Origin: a virus
Length of the DNA stretch: 64,000 nt
Strand: one strand, 5' to 3'
Virus record (IMG/VR): IMGVR_UViG_3300031673_000019
Location: 6,958-70,957 of that record
Below, piece by piece: positions 14,108 to 24,004 of the stretch. The translations under genes and the position numbers were made by a program. The notes beneath the pieces were generated by a model. The model ran no database searches, was not told where the DNA came from, and saw only the letters and a list, made by a program, of their open reading frames with translations. Within the stretch, counting starts at the first letter, position 1, and the number at the start of each line of letters is the position of its first letter.

Positions 14108-17089
14108 ATGAACTTCCTCGGGCTAGGGCTCAACTTCAGCTCACAAGACAAAGGCCTGAAGGGGTCGATCACCGACATCACTGCCGGGATGACCAACATC
14201 ACGAAGTCCATCGTGAGCGCCTCCGTTGCCTCAGCCAAGATGGTGCTCAAGCCACCGAATTTTGGCCCAGCGGTTGCGATGGCCCAGCACCTTGCCAGCG
14301 ACGTCAAGGTTACTACCACATGGTTCGAAGCGTTCGGTGTACAGGTTGACAAGGTCACTAGCTCGACAATGGCCGGCCTGAACCTAACAGACAAGCAGCT
14401 CAAAGCGAACCAGCGAGAGGTGAGCCGAACAGCGTTCGCGATGAACATTGACATCGGGACTGTGACGGACTCGATGACTGCACTCGCTCAGTCCGGCGTC
14501 AAGGCGTCTGAGGTTGGCTTTAAATCCTTCCAGGAATTCCAGAAGGTCATGACAGTGACCGGGACGGACAGCAAGCAGTTCGCAGCAACGCTTGCTGGAA
14601 TGGGCAATCAGCTGGAGTTCACAGGGGATGAGATAGGTAAGCTCCTCAAGCACCAGGCCGCGCTGGGGAAAAAGTTCAACCGTGGCCGCGAGTCGATTAG
14701 CAGCTTCTCCTCGTCGATGGAGCTGCTGCTCCAGCACGCCGCGAGATTCCCGGAGACGTTTACGAAAGCTGATGTTGTCAGCTTCGTTCAGGGCACTGAG
14801 ATCGCAGCGGGCGCTTTGATGAAAATCGGCGCGACGGCGGATGAGGCAACGCAGACATCTCAGAAGTTGACGGAACAGCTGCTGAAGGGGCAGCAGGGTG
14901 TTGCCGACGTTCTGTCTGGCGTTTCAGACAACCTGGGTATTGACATGAAAACGTTGCTGACGCACTTCGGCGGCAGCACTGAGAAGGCTTTTGAGTTGCT
15001 GTCTAAGTCGCCTGATGAGTTCATTGGGAAAATTGGCGAGGTCACTGCCCAGGCGAGAAAGATGGGTGCGACTGACGCTCAGCTCGATATGTTCCGTTCT
15101 CAGATGGAGCAGACGTTTGGAACGGGCGTTCTCCGTGCCATCAATAACTACGATCAGCTGGGTGAGCATTTGGCGGATGGGCGCAAGGAGATCAAGCTCA
15201 CGGGTGATGAGGTGACAGACCTGGCAAAGAAGCAGAAGGATGGTCGCACAGCTGCGGAGCGGTTCAACCTTATTCAAGATCGGATGGTCACTGATTGGAA
15301 GAGAATCAATGGCGTGATGTCCGATCAGGAGTTCCTGAAGTCGTACAAGCGGCAGACGGAAGATCTGACCAAGACGCTTACGAAGTGGGCTGGTAAGGGC
15401 GGCATCGTAGGCACTGCAACCAAAAAGCTCATTGAGTTTCGGACGTTTGGTATTGGCGGCGCACTGGGGGCCGGCAGCGAGATGGGGCTGATGCTGTCCG
15501 AGATGTTCAAGCAGTTTCAGCCGATCTTAGCTGTCCTTCCTGGCATCGCTGCGGCCTTTGCGGCGCTGGCAAGTCCCGTCGTGCTGGTAGCTGCGGCTAT
15601 CGCTGGCATCACGTTTGCCATCAAGGACTTGTCGAGCGGCGGCGACAGTATCATTCGTCCGTTCCTTGACCGTCTGTCGACGGATGGGCCGATGCTGCTG
15701 GACAAGCTGTTTGGGTGGTTTGAGGAGTCGCTGACGAAGGTCGCGAATTTGATTGTGGAAGTCTGGTCTACGGTAGACTGGGCTGCGGTGGGCGACTACT
15801 TAGGGATGATGTTCACTAAGATCATGGATTGGCTTGCCAAGATGATCTTAAATCTCTTCAGCAAGATGCTCGATTTCGTCGCGTTCTTTCATTCGCTTGA
15901 TTGGACCGCGATCGGCAAGGCCGTCGGGCGTGGCCTGGGCAAGGCTATTTCATGGGCGTTTGGCTTCGTCTATGACTTGGTCAAAATAGCCCTCGACCGA
16001 CTCCCCGGGCTGGTTGTGTCTGGCATGCAGGCACTCGCGAAGTTTGTGTGGGGATTCGTTGGCGACCTGTATGCCGAGGTGGTCGACAAAGTGTCCGAGA
16101 TGCTCGACTTCTTCGATAGCGACTCGGTGGGGGTCAAGGACGAGATTACGGCGGCGCGAGCTGCCGTGGCTCAGGGGAAGACGCCTGAGCAGGCGGAGAA
16201 GGAGAAGGCGGCGGCGCATTCGGCGGCGCAGCGCAGCGAGATGGAGAAGCTCAACGCGGAGGCGATGGAGCTGACGAAGAAGGGCGTGGACGACCAGGTG
16301 GACGTGATGATCAAGAGCGTGGAGGCTCGTGGCACCGACGTCGCTGGCATGACGGAATCGATTGCAGGGATTAACCCGCGCCATTTCAAGCGCAACGTGC
16401 GGGTCATCGAGAAGGAGTTCGTGGGTTTCATGGAGACCATGGAAGGCACCGCGAAGAACCTGGTGAATGCCACGAGCAAGTCGCTGGACAAGTTCTGGGA
16501 GACGTCTCAGAAGGGATGGCAAAACCAGACTGATCTGATCAGGCGGTGGGCAGCGGATGCCGGTGTGCACATTCAGAAATACTGGACGTCGTCGATCTTC
16601 GAGTCCGCGAAGGCGATGTACGAGATGCAAAAGATGGTCACAGCAATGTTCGACCACCTGAAGGTCCTGTCCAGCACGTTCAATATAATGGACATCCTTG
16701 CGTCCCCGGATCAGATCACACAGTGGGCAAACATGGTCGTGGCCGCACTCGCGAACGCCTTCCGGTCGGGTGCACACATGGATGCGATGTTCTCCGCGTC
16801 GTACCAGAGAGCCCTCCAGACGGCCGTTCAGATGCAGAACCAGGCCGGGCCTGCAACTCCAGGGGTGACGCCCAGTGCATCCCCTATCGTCCGTGACCCG
16901 GAGGCGCGCTCAGCGGCAGAGGCTCTCTCAGCGGCATTGAACACGCCGAGCTGGACGCAGGAGGGTATCATTGTGGACAACCTGAAGAAGCAGACGGAGC
17001 TTCTTCAGAAAGTGCACGTCGCGATAAGCGCTAACCGTACGACGCGTCCCGCGAAGACCATTAATGCCAATACGGGCGGGGTGGACTAA
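14108..17089 (+). CDS. tape measure protein
   Basis: 993 aa, helical, Trp-spaced repeats (VDWAAVG, LDWTAIG); lies between chaperone and baseplate genes. Confidence 0.9.
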   Translation: MNFLGLGLNFSSQDKGLKGSITDITAGMTNITKSIVSASVASAKMVLKPPNFGPAVAMAQHLASDVKVTTTWFEAFGVQVDKVTSSTMAGLNLTDKQLKANQREVSRTAFAMNIDIGTVTDSMTALAQSGVKASEVGFKSFQEFQKVMTVTGTDSKQFAATLAGMGNQLEFTGDEIGKLLKHQAALGKKFNRGRESISSFSSSMELLLQHAARFPETFTKADVVSFVQGTEIAAGALMKIGATADEATQTSQKLTEQLLKGQQGVADVLSGVSDNLGIDMKTLLTHFGGSTEKAFELLSKSPDEFIGKIGEVTAQARKMGATDAQLDMFRSQMEQTFGTGVLRAINNYDQLGEHLADGRKEIKLTGDEVTDLAKKQKDGRTAAERFNLIQDRMVTDWKRINGVMSDQEFLKSYKRQTEDLTKTLTKWAGKGGIVGTATKKLIEFRTFGIGGALGAGSEMGLMLSEMFKQFQPILAVLPGIAAAFAALASPVVLVAAAIAGITFAIKDLSSGGDSIIRPFLDRLSTDGPMLLDKLFGWFEESLTKVANLIVEVWSTVDWAAVGDYLGMMFTKIMDWLAKMILNLFSKMLDFVAFFHSLDWTAIGKAVGRGLGKAISWAFGFVYDLVKIALDRLPGLVVSGMQALAKFVWGFVGDLYAEVVDKVSEMLDFFDSDSVGVKDEITAARAAVAQGKTPEQAEKEKAAAHSAAQRSEMEKLNAEAMELTKKGVDDQVDVMIKSVEARGTDVAGMTESIAGINPRHFKRNVRVIEKEFVGFMETMEGTAKNLVNATSKSLDKFWETSQKGWQNQTDLIRRWAADAGVHIQKYWTSSIFESAKAMYEMQKMVTAMFDHLKVLSSTFNIMDILASPDQITQWANMVVAALANAFRSGAHMDAMFSASYQRALQTAVQMQNQAGPATPGVTPSASPIVRDPEARSAAEALSAALNTPSWTQEGIIVDNLKKQTELLQKVHVAISANRTTRPAKTINANTGGVD

Positions 17090-17093
17090 GTAG

Positions 17094-17408
17094 ATGCCCG
17101 TCAATATACGAAGCTCGTCGCGACTGTCGTTCGGTAAGCTACTACTGATTGACGGGGTTGAGCATTGGGACACGCTCGTGCTACCTGATCAGTCGCCTAG
17201 ATCTGACGACATTATCCATGTTGTGTCGTCGGCCGACAGGATTGATCTGATAGCCTACAGGTATTACCAAGATGCTTCCTTGTGGTGGATCATAGCTTGG
17301 GCGAACGACATGGAAGTTCTTCCGACAGACTTGAACGCGAATGATGAGATTCGGATCCCTTCCAAGTCGTATGTCGAGCAGGCGTTCCTGAACAGGAAGC
17401 GAAGGTAG
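17094..17408 (+). CDS. LysM/tail-X-like baseplate protein
   Basis: DRIDLIAYRYYQDASLWWIIAWAN..L..NDEIRIP. Confidence 0.88.
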   Translation: MPVNIRSSSRLSFGKLLLIDGVEHWDTLVLPDQSPRSDDIIHVVSSADRIDLIAYRYYQDASLWWIIAWANDMEVLPTDLNANDEIRIPSKSYVEQAFLNRKRR

Positions 17409-17411
17409 CCG

Positions 17412-19007
17412 ATGGCCCTCGATTTTTACGGAGTCAGGATCGAAGGGAGGATCCGTCAGTTTCCGCGAGGCAATCTTCCTGAGCGCACTGTAGAGCTTTG
17501 GGTGGAGCCGCAGGAGTCGCAGTTGACCGTGTTCAACACGGCGCTTGCTTTTCTGTCCCAGATTGATGTGACGCTGAAGCTGGGGGAGGTGGCTCAGATT
17601 GCCATGGTGCTGACACCTCCGTTTGAGGAGGGGTTGCAGCTGATCAATTCAGAGCTGATTCGGCAAGGGACGGGGCGTATCGAAGTCAACATGTCGTACA
17701 CGACAGGGATTGACGACGGTCGCGGTCTTTCGAATTCGGTGCTGCCGTTTTCTGGATTCCTTCAAAAGCCAGACGTGCAGGTTGGTCAGGACATCGTGAT
17801 CACCCTCATAGGCCTTGGCGCTGGGTATGCGTTGACCAACGCGGCCGGGACGGATTCCGAGCATTTTGGCCCGGACAAGTCCGTCGCTGACGTTGTGCAG
17901 GATATATTTTCTAAATACCGGATCGACAATGGGGATAGCTTCACGTTGGATACGTCGAAGCTGTACTCTCGCATCAAGCCGCAAAGGTCAGGGCCCGACG
18001 GAGAGTACAATGTCATGGATCCGAAGAAGGGGGACCCGTTCTTCAGAAGGCCGCCCGTCATACAGGGGCAGCTGCTGAAGGAGGGGGAGAAGAAAAAGAG
18101 GGGCGCGGACGACTTTGGCGTGACGCTTATACGCGGCCCGCGCAATGATTGGTGGCTGGTCCGGGAGCTTCTCGACGACTATGGATACGACATGGTCTTG
18201 GAGGCGAACAAAGTCTTCATCGTCGACAAGACGGAGTGGCTGGCGGATGCCTTTACGAGAGACCCGGCTAACAGGAAGAAGTTTCTTATCCGTGGGAATA
18301 CTGATCCGACAAGGAACATGTATCCGGCGTTGACGTATTCGTCGCCCACAGATGGGGCATGGGTTGGCCCTGGGCTGGGAAGAGTGGTCGGCAAGGACTA
18401 CGACGACAGCAAGAAGGAAGACAGCGAGGTTGTCGCCGACCCTGAGAACCCAGGAGAGGCTCCGACTCTCTCGAAGGAACAGTCGTATTACGATCCCGAC
18501 AACAAGGATGCCGGGATTGCTGGGCCGCAAGACGCGGCAAAAAACCTTCCGGGAGATCCAAACGACCCTGCGTATGTGCGGAAGATGCGGGCGGAGTGGA
18601 AGCAGTCACTCATGGATCATGGCATCAAGTGCCAGGTCGAATCGATCGGAGTGCCAAACCTAAAGCCAGGCGACGTCGTGGATATCACTGGGTTCGAGCC
18701 ATACGGAGAGAATCCGGCGGACGAGAAGTACCTGTTCAATGGTCCCTATGGCGTGTTCGAGGTGAGGCATAGCGTTGGCATAGGCGGATGGACTACGTCG
18801 TTCACAGGGGTTATGAACGTGTGGCCGTCTGAGATGGGGCAGGCAACGCAGGGCGCTGCGGCGGGCGTGTCGGAGCAGCAGCCGATCCCCGAAGCGGATG
18901 CGGTGTCAGGGGCAGGGTCCGCAACCGAGACAGTGTCCCCCGTCCAGGAGGAAGCCGCGCCTGGCGCTGATGAACAGGCTGTGTTGGATCAAAGGCGCGG
19001 ACGGTAA
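17412..19007 (+). CDS. baseplate hub (gp27 / P2 gpD-like)
   Basis: C-terminal SIGVPNLKPGDVVDI..G.Y....VRHSV..GGWTTSF; position between LysM and spike genes. Confidence 0.75.
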   Translation: MALDFYGVRIEGRIRQFPRGNLPERTVELWVEPQESQLTVFNTALAFLSQIDVTLKLGEVAQIAMVLTPPFEEGLQLINSELIRQGTGRIEVNMSYTTGIDDGRGLSNSVLPFSGFLQKPDVQVGQDIVITLIGLGAGYALTNAAGTDSEHFGPDKSVADVVQDIFSKYRIDNGDSFTLDTSKLYSRIKPQRSGPDGEYNVMDPKKGDPFFRRPPVIQGQLLKEGEKKKRGADDFGVTLIRGPRNDWWLVRELLDDYGYDMVLEANKVFIVDKTEWLADAFTRDPANRKKFLIRGNTDPTRNMYPALTYSSPTDGAWVGPGLGRVVGKDYDDSKKEDSEVVADPENPGEAPTLSKEQSYYDPDNKDAGIAGPQDAAKNLPGDPNDPAYVRKMRAEWKQSLMDHGIKCQVESIGVPNLKPGDVVDITGFEPYGENPADEKYLFNGPYGVFEVRHSVGIGGWTTSFTGVMNVWPSEMGQATQGAAAGVSEQQPIPEADAVSGAGSATETVSPVQEEAAPGADEQAVLDQRRGR

Positions 19008-19012
19008 CGGCT

Positions 19013-19675
19013 ATGCCTCTTAAGTATGGACGTAGTGGGCTCGATATTTTCCTGGAAAAATTCCAGCGCTGGGGTGCTGAGTATTATCGGAGGTATTACG
19101 GCCCGTACAAGGCAAAGGTTGTCTCGAATCGAGACCCTGATGGCCGAGGCAGGATCATCGTCGAATGCCGAAGGGCGCGACTGCCTCCTGGCAATGCAAG
19201 CTGGGTTTTGCCCATGATGCATGGCGCTGGTAACGGGCATGGGGTGTTCTGGCCTCCAGAGCAGGGCGACTTCGTTTGGATATTCTTTGAGAACGGTGAT
19301 CCGACGAACCCGGCGACGTACATGGGCGGCTGGTATGCCCTCGACGAGGTTAGCTCAGAGCATGACCCAGAAGAGGACGGGTCGCCTAAGAAGCGCGGAT
19401 TCAAAACGCCAGGCGGCCACTCGATCACACTTTCCGACGTGGACGGAGCGGAAAGAGTCACAATTCGGCACAAAGATGGTGCGATCGTCGAGTGGACGTC
19501 GGACGGCAAGGTCCAGATGGGCACAGAGGGCGGTTCGTTCGAGCCGATGATGAAGGGCACAACGGTCAAGCAGTGGCTGGAGACGCACACGCATCCCCAT
19601 CCATGGGGGCCTACGTCTCCTCCGTTGCAGCCATTCCCCGTGAATGGCTTGTCAGATGACACGGAGACGAGCTAG
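19013..19675 (+). CDS. baseplate spike (gp5/gpV/VgrG-like OB-fold)
   Basis: YGPYKAKVVSNRDPDGRGRI, PEQGDFVWIFFENGDP, FKTPGGH, C-terminal HTHPH metal tip. Confidence 0.92.
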   Translation: MPLKYGRSGLDIFLEKFQRWGAEYYRRYYGPYKAKVVSNRDPDGRGRIIVECRRARLPPGNASWVLPMMHGAGNGHGVFWPPEQGDFVWIFFENGDPTNPATYMGGWYALDEVSSEHDPEEDGSPKKRGFKTPGGHSITLSDVDGAERVTIRHKDGAIVEWTSDGKVQMGTEGGSFEPMMKGTTVKQWLETHTHPHPWGPTSPPLQPFPVNGLSDDTETS

Positions 19676-20136
19676 TGCCGCTGCAGCTCCCTGCGCTTCG
19701 TGCACGGCTGGACAAGGTGTTCAACGAGCAACTCGAAAGCCAGCAGAAGATCGCTCAGAAGATCGCTCAGGCGTACCAGGAGTATGCTCAGGCAGCGATT
19801 GCCCCGCCTGGGGCCACACTTGTTTTCAAGGGCTCCGAAGCGAAGCTTGTGGAGTTAGCTCTGCTTACGGTCATGAAGGGCCGCCTGCTGCCTCCAGACG
19901 CCGCGCAGCTTGTCGGGAACGCCGTGATGGCGTTCTGGCTGGTGCCGCCGGTGCTTACGTCTGCAGGAGGAGCGGTGACGCTGGTAGTGCCTACGGCAGG
20001 AGTCGCGAGGTTGCAGGCAGTCAAGGCGAATACAATTTCTCAGGCCGCGCTCGCGCTTGCGCAAGCGTTTGACCTGATGACCCGGACCGTGTTTGTTACC
20101 AACACGCCTCCCGTTCCCTCGGGGCCGATCTTCTGA
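19675..20136 (+). CDS. hypothetical baseplate-region protein
   Basis: GTG start coupled to both neighbours. Confidence 0.65.
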   Translation: MPLQLPALRARLDKVFNEQLESQQKIAQKIAQAYQEYAQAAIAPPGATLVFKGSEAKLVELALLTVMKGRLLPPDAAQLVGNAVMAFWLVPPVLTSAGGAVTLVVPTAGVARLQAVKANTISQAALALAQAFDLMTRTVFVTNTPPVPSGPIF

Positions 20137-20522
20137 TGGCCGGATCACGTATACGAAGCATTGCGTTCCCTTTCCGCAAGGGCACCTTGGCGTTTCCGAA
20201 GCAGTCGGAGAACGCTGAGGCCATTCGTGGGTCGGTGATTCAGATCATCACAACCAACAAGGGCGAGCGCGTGATGCGTCCAGACTTTGGATGCAATGCT
20301 TTCTCGTTCGTCTTTGAGCCGAACTCTGAAGACTTTCGGGGTGACGTGGAGCGAGAAGTGAGGCGATCCCTTGCTCGATGGGAGCGCCGTATCCGCGTTG
20401 ACTCGGTCACGGTTGCACCGGAGAACAATGTGACGGAGCCAGGGCAGATTATCATCTCTATATCCTATACGATCGTCACGACTGGCGAGGTCGACTCAAC
20501 GACCATTGCGGGGGGTGTCTGA
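20136..20522 (+). CDS. baseplate wedge gp25/GPW-like
   Basis: IITTNKGERVMRPDFGC, WERRIRV. Confidence 0.93.
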   Translation: MAGSRIRSIAFPFRKGTLAFPKQSENAEAIRGSVIQIITTNKGERVMRPDFGCNAFSFVFEPNSEDFRGDVEREVRRSLARWERRIRVDSVTVAPENNVTEPGQIIISISYTIVTTGEVDSTTIAGGV

Positions 20523-22681
20523 TGGCCTCGACGATTACGCGGGTTCGGTACGCAGGACTTGACTTCAATACACACGAAGACGAGCTGCTTGCTCGGCTTC
20601 AGGTCAAGTTCGCGTCCGTCTACAACGATTTTGCGGCATCGTCGCTGGGCATCATGCTCGTCGACATCTTTTCGTTCGGGCTTGACACGCTTTCGTTCTA
20701 TTTAGATCGCCGTGCTACGGACAACTTCCTTACGACGTCCAGGACGCTATCGTCCGCGGCCCGCGCAGCCCGTCAGCTTGGGTATAAACCAGGTACGGCG
20801 AGCGCATCGAGCGTGGACATGGAAGTGAGTCTTGGTGAGGCGTACTCCTTCACTGTGACGCTTCCGGCTGGGTTTCAATTCTTGGGCCCCAACGGGCTGA
20901 TCTTCGAGGCCCAAGAATCTGCGACGTGGCTTGCAGGAGACACGTCAACAAAAACCGTGCTTGCATCTGAGGGGCAAACGTTGACGGCCGTATTCTTCTC
21001 CAACGGAGAGGCAAATCAATCGTTCGACGTCAGCAACGTGCCCGCTTCTAAGTTTATCGTCGGCCCGGGGACGGAGAATGTCTCCCAGGTGACAGTGACG
21101 GTTGGCGGCGATGCCTGGGAGGAGAACGAGTTTCTTCAGTTCGGCGCCACGAACCAATTCGAGATGGGCTACAGCGATAGCCCCCCGACGGTTTCGTTTG
21201 GCGATGGCATTGCGGGCAACATCCCCGAGAGCGGCACAGAGATCTCGGTAACCTACTTTGCGTCGTCCGGCGTATTGGGTACGGCTACGGCGGGGACAAT
21301 CACATCGGCTGTTAGCCAGCTAGTCGTCGGCTTTGATGTGATTGACCTTGTGATCAACAATCCACAGGGCGCAAGCGGTGGCGCTGATCCAGAGACAATC
21401 AACAGCATCAAGGCGAACGCTCCAGGGTTCTTCCGCAGCCGCGGCGTGAACGTCACCTTGGACGACTACAAGGCGAGGGCCCAGTCGTTTGTAGACCCCG
21501 TCCTTGGGTCTATCGCGGTGGCGCGAGCTATCAACGTTCGTGGTTCGTCCGACGATGCGTTTTTGAATTCGAACATCGCAACGATACAGGCGTTGTCGAG
21601 CAGCTTCGTGACGGCGTCGGATGCCGGGGTTGCGGGGGTTGAAGTAGCCCTTGATTCGATCGACGCCTCGGTTGCCGCAGCCATCGTCGACGACACGGCC
21701 CTCGCGACAGACCTAGTCACGATTGCCGACGAGGAAGTGACTGTTCGCGCGTCGAGCGAAGATATCCGCACGGCCGCCAACATCATTTCGGTCAACTCTA
21801 CAGGGGTTTCGTCGTCGCTGTCGTCGCTGACTTCGGTAGTCAGCGGCTATCCGGTTGCGGGGACGACTCAGATCACGTCAGCGGACTTGAATACACTGCT
21901 GAATGCGATCAATAGAGCCACGGCACAAAACAACGAGATATCGACGCAGGCCGCGACAATATCTTCTGAGGTGACTACGATCACGTCATCGCTTGATGAG
22001 ATCGACGCGAACGCGGACTCTGCGGAGACGCGTCGCGCCGGCATACGCGTGGACATCGACTCGATCTCGGCGAACAGCACCATCGCGAGAACTGCTGTAG
22101 TTACGCTTGGTTCCGACATTTCGAGCATCGACAACAGTATCAGCACAAATCTGTCGGAAATCGACGAGCACGTGGACGGATTCCTGTCTTCGGAGTGTCA
22201 GGCGAACCTGATCGAGGTGCCGGTGTTGGCGTTGGACTCTGAGGGGTTCTATGTTGTGCCGTCCAACGGCTTGCAGAGGAGCTTGCAACGCTACTTGGAC
22301 GCAGCGAAGGAAGTGACGCAGGTTGTTCGTGTCGTGGGTGCATCCAACCTGCTGGTGGCGGCTGATATTACCGTCACGGTAGGCGTTCTTACGGGATACA
22401 ACGAGGCGTCGCTCCGGTCTCAGGTAGAGGCGGAGATCCTAGGAGTGCTCCGGGGGCGCAGGTTCGATGCGGACCTACGGCTATCTGATCTGTATGCGCC
22501 CATCGCGCCGGAGCCGGACCGGATTACCATCGAAGGTGTTGAGTGGGTCATCATCAAAATCGTTGGCCCGTCCGACAGGATTGATTCCGACGGCAACCTT
22601 CCGGTCAGCCAGTACGAGGTCGTCACACGTGGAACGATCACCGTCACGTCGACTGTCGTAACCGAATCGAACTTCAACTAG
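20522..22681 (+). CDS. baseplate J / gp6-like wedge with helical insert
   Basis: GLDF, RQLGYKP, FGDGIAGNIP, GGADPETINSIKANAP, VTLDDYKA. Confidence 0.92.
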   Translation: MASTITRVRYAGLDFNTHEDELLARLQVKFASVYNDFAASSLGIMLVDIFSFGLDTLSFYLDRRATDNFLTTSRTLSSAARAARQLGYKPGTASASSVDMEVSLGEAYSFTVTLPAGFQFLGPNGLIFEAQESATWLAGDTSTKTVLASEGQTLTAVFFSNGEANQSFDVSNVPASKFIVGPGTENVSQVTVTVGGDAWEENEFLQFGATNQFEMGYSDSPPTVSFGDGIAGNIPESGTEISVTYFASSGVLGTATAGTITSAVSQLVVGFDVIDLVINNPQGASGGADPETINSIKANAPGFFRSRGVNVTLDDYKARAQSFVDPVLGSIAVARAINVRGSSDDAFLNSNIATIQALSSSFVTASDAGVAGVEVALDSIDASVAAAIVDDTALATDLVTIADEEVTVRASSEDIRTAANIISVNSTGVSSSLSSLTSVVSGYPVAGTTQITSADLNTLLNAINRATAQNNEISTQAATISSEVTTITSSLDEIDANADSAETRRAGIRVDIDSISANSTIARTAVVTLGSDISSIDNSISTNLSEIDEHVDGFLSSECQANLIEVPVLALDSEGFYVVPSNGLQRSLQRYLDAAKEVTQVVRVVGASNLLVAADITVTVGVLTGYNEASLRSQVEAEILGVLRGRRFDADLRLSDLYAPIAPEPDRITIEGVEWVIIKIVGPSDRIDSDGNLPVSQYEVVTRGTITVTSTVVTESNFN

Positions 22682-22691
22682 GGGACGGCCC

Positions 22692-23117
22692 GTGAGTATT
22701 TCAAGCACTAGCTCGAACATCTCGAAGAGTTCGAATACGATCGAGTTGTTCAAGGGGGAGAGCAAAGACCTAGTGGTCACGGTGACTCAGCTCTCTGAAG
22801 CGGCCAGCGACAATGAGTGTGTTGACGTTTATGACCCTGTTGACCTAACGGGGGCAACAGTATTTTTTACGGTAAGGAAGAGCGTCAAGGAAGCGCTGTC
22901 CATTCTTGAGAAGGATTCCACGAACGCCCTTGAGATAGAGGTGTCGTCTCCTGCGACGACGGGAGTGGCGACGATCTACATCACGTCTGGGGACACCGTG
23001 GGACTCGACGCAGGCACATATGTTTTTGATATCTGGGTTGAGCTGTCAAGCGGCAAGAGATCTCCCGTCATTGAGATTTCCGAATTTATTGTGAGAGATG
23101 CTGTCAAGAGGTGGTAG
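22692..23117 (+). CDS. BppU-like baseplate/virion Ig-like protein
   Basis: LFKGESKDL, PVDLTGATV, DTVGLDAGTYVFDIWV. Confidence 0.75.
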   Translation: MSISSTSSNISKSSNTIELFKGESKDLVVTVTQLSEAASDNECVDVYDPVDLTGATVFFTVRKSVKEALSILEKDSTNALEIEVSSPATTGVATIYITSGDTVGLDAGTYVFDIWVELSSGKRSPVIEISEFIVRDAVKRW

Positions 23118-23140
23118 GCGAAGGCTTGCGGTAGATAGTC

Positions 23141-24004
23141 ATGACTGATCGTGAATTATACGAAGCTGTGGCGACAGCGATTCGCAAGGGTCATCCTTCG
23201 ATGGAGGTGCGCTACAAAAACGAATCATGGTTTATGCAGTTGCTAGGGCTATTGGTATACCCGTTCAATCAGGGGTACATGGACAGGCTTACGACGACCA
23301 TTGGTTCGACGGTGTACTTTCCTGCGCTGTATATTGTGCGGGAAGACTTTGAGCGGTACGCGCGGATTTTGGCTCACGAAGGCGTCCACATCTTCGACAG
23401 AGAGCAGGAAGGATTTAGGTTCTTCATCAAGTACCTGATGCCTCAGGCTCTGTTCGTGCCGTTGATGGCAGCCTTTTTTGTATTGGGCGGATGGCTCGCG
23501 GGGTTGGTGCTCATAGGGGGGCTGATTACGTCCTACGGCGCCTTGCTCGCAGCAAGTATGGGGCTGGAGACAGTGAAGGCTCGGCTTGGCGTGTTCTACA
23601 GCCTGGCTGGGCTTACGATGCTTGGGTTCTTCGGGGCTGCCGTGACCACTACTGGGTGGTTGACCGCGCTGCCCGTGATGGCGCTCATGGCGTTAGCCCC
23701 GTGGCCTGCGAGATGGCGGGCGGAATACGAGTATCGCGGATACGCGATGGGGATTGCCATCTCTTGCTGGAAGTATGGAACCTATTCTGATGATATGATC
23801 GCAAGGCGTGTGCAGACGTTCGCCGGGTTCGAGTATTATCGGATGGATCCGAACAAGAAAGCGGTACGCGTTCGGCTAGAGCAGATCCGTGAGATTTGCA
23901 AGACTGGCGCGATTCTGAAGGGTGCTACGGCGCAGCCGTATCGACGAATTTACGATGTGTATCGCAACGCGGGCCGCGTGATGCCTGGGGTCAACTATGC
24001 CTAA
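23141..24004 (+). CDS. membrane-embedded HExxH zinc metallopeptidase-like protein
   Basis: ILAHEGVH motif, ~100-aa hydrophobic block, then RAEYEYRGY third-ligand-like motif. Confidence 0.7.
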   Translation: MTDRELYEAVATAIRKGHPSMEVRYKNESWFMQLLGLLVYPFNQGYMDRLTTTIGSTVYFPALYIVREDFERYARILAHEGVHIFDREQEGFRFFIKYLMPQALFVPLMAAFFVLGGWLAGLVLIGGLITSYGALLAASMGLETVKARLGVFYSLAGLTMLGFFGAAVTTTGWLTALPVMALMALAPWPARWRAEYEYRGYAMGIAISCWKYGTYSDDMIARRVQTFAGFEYYRMDPNKKAVRVRLEQIREICKTGAILKGATAQPYRRIYDVYRNAGRVMPGVNYA

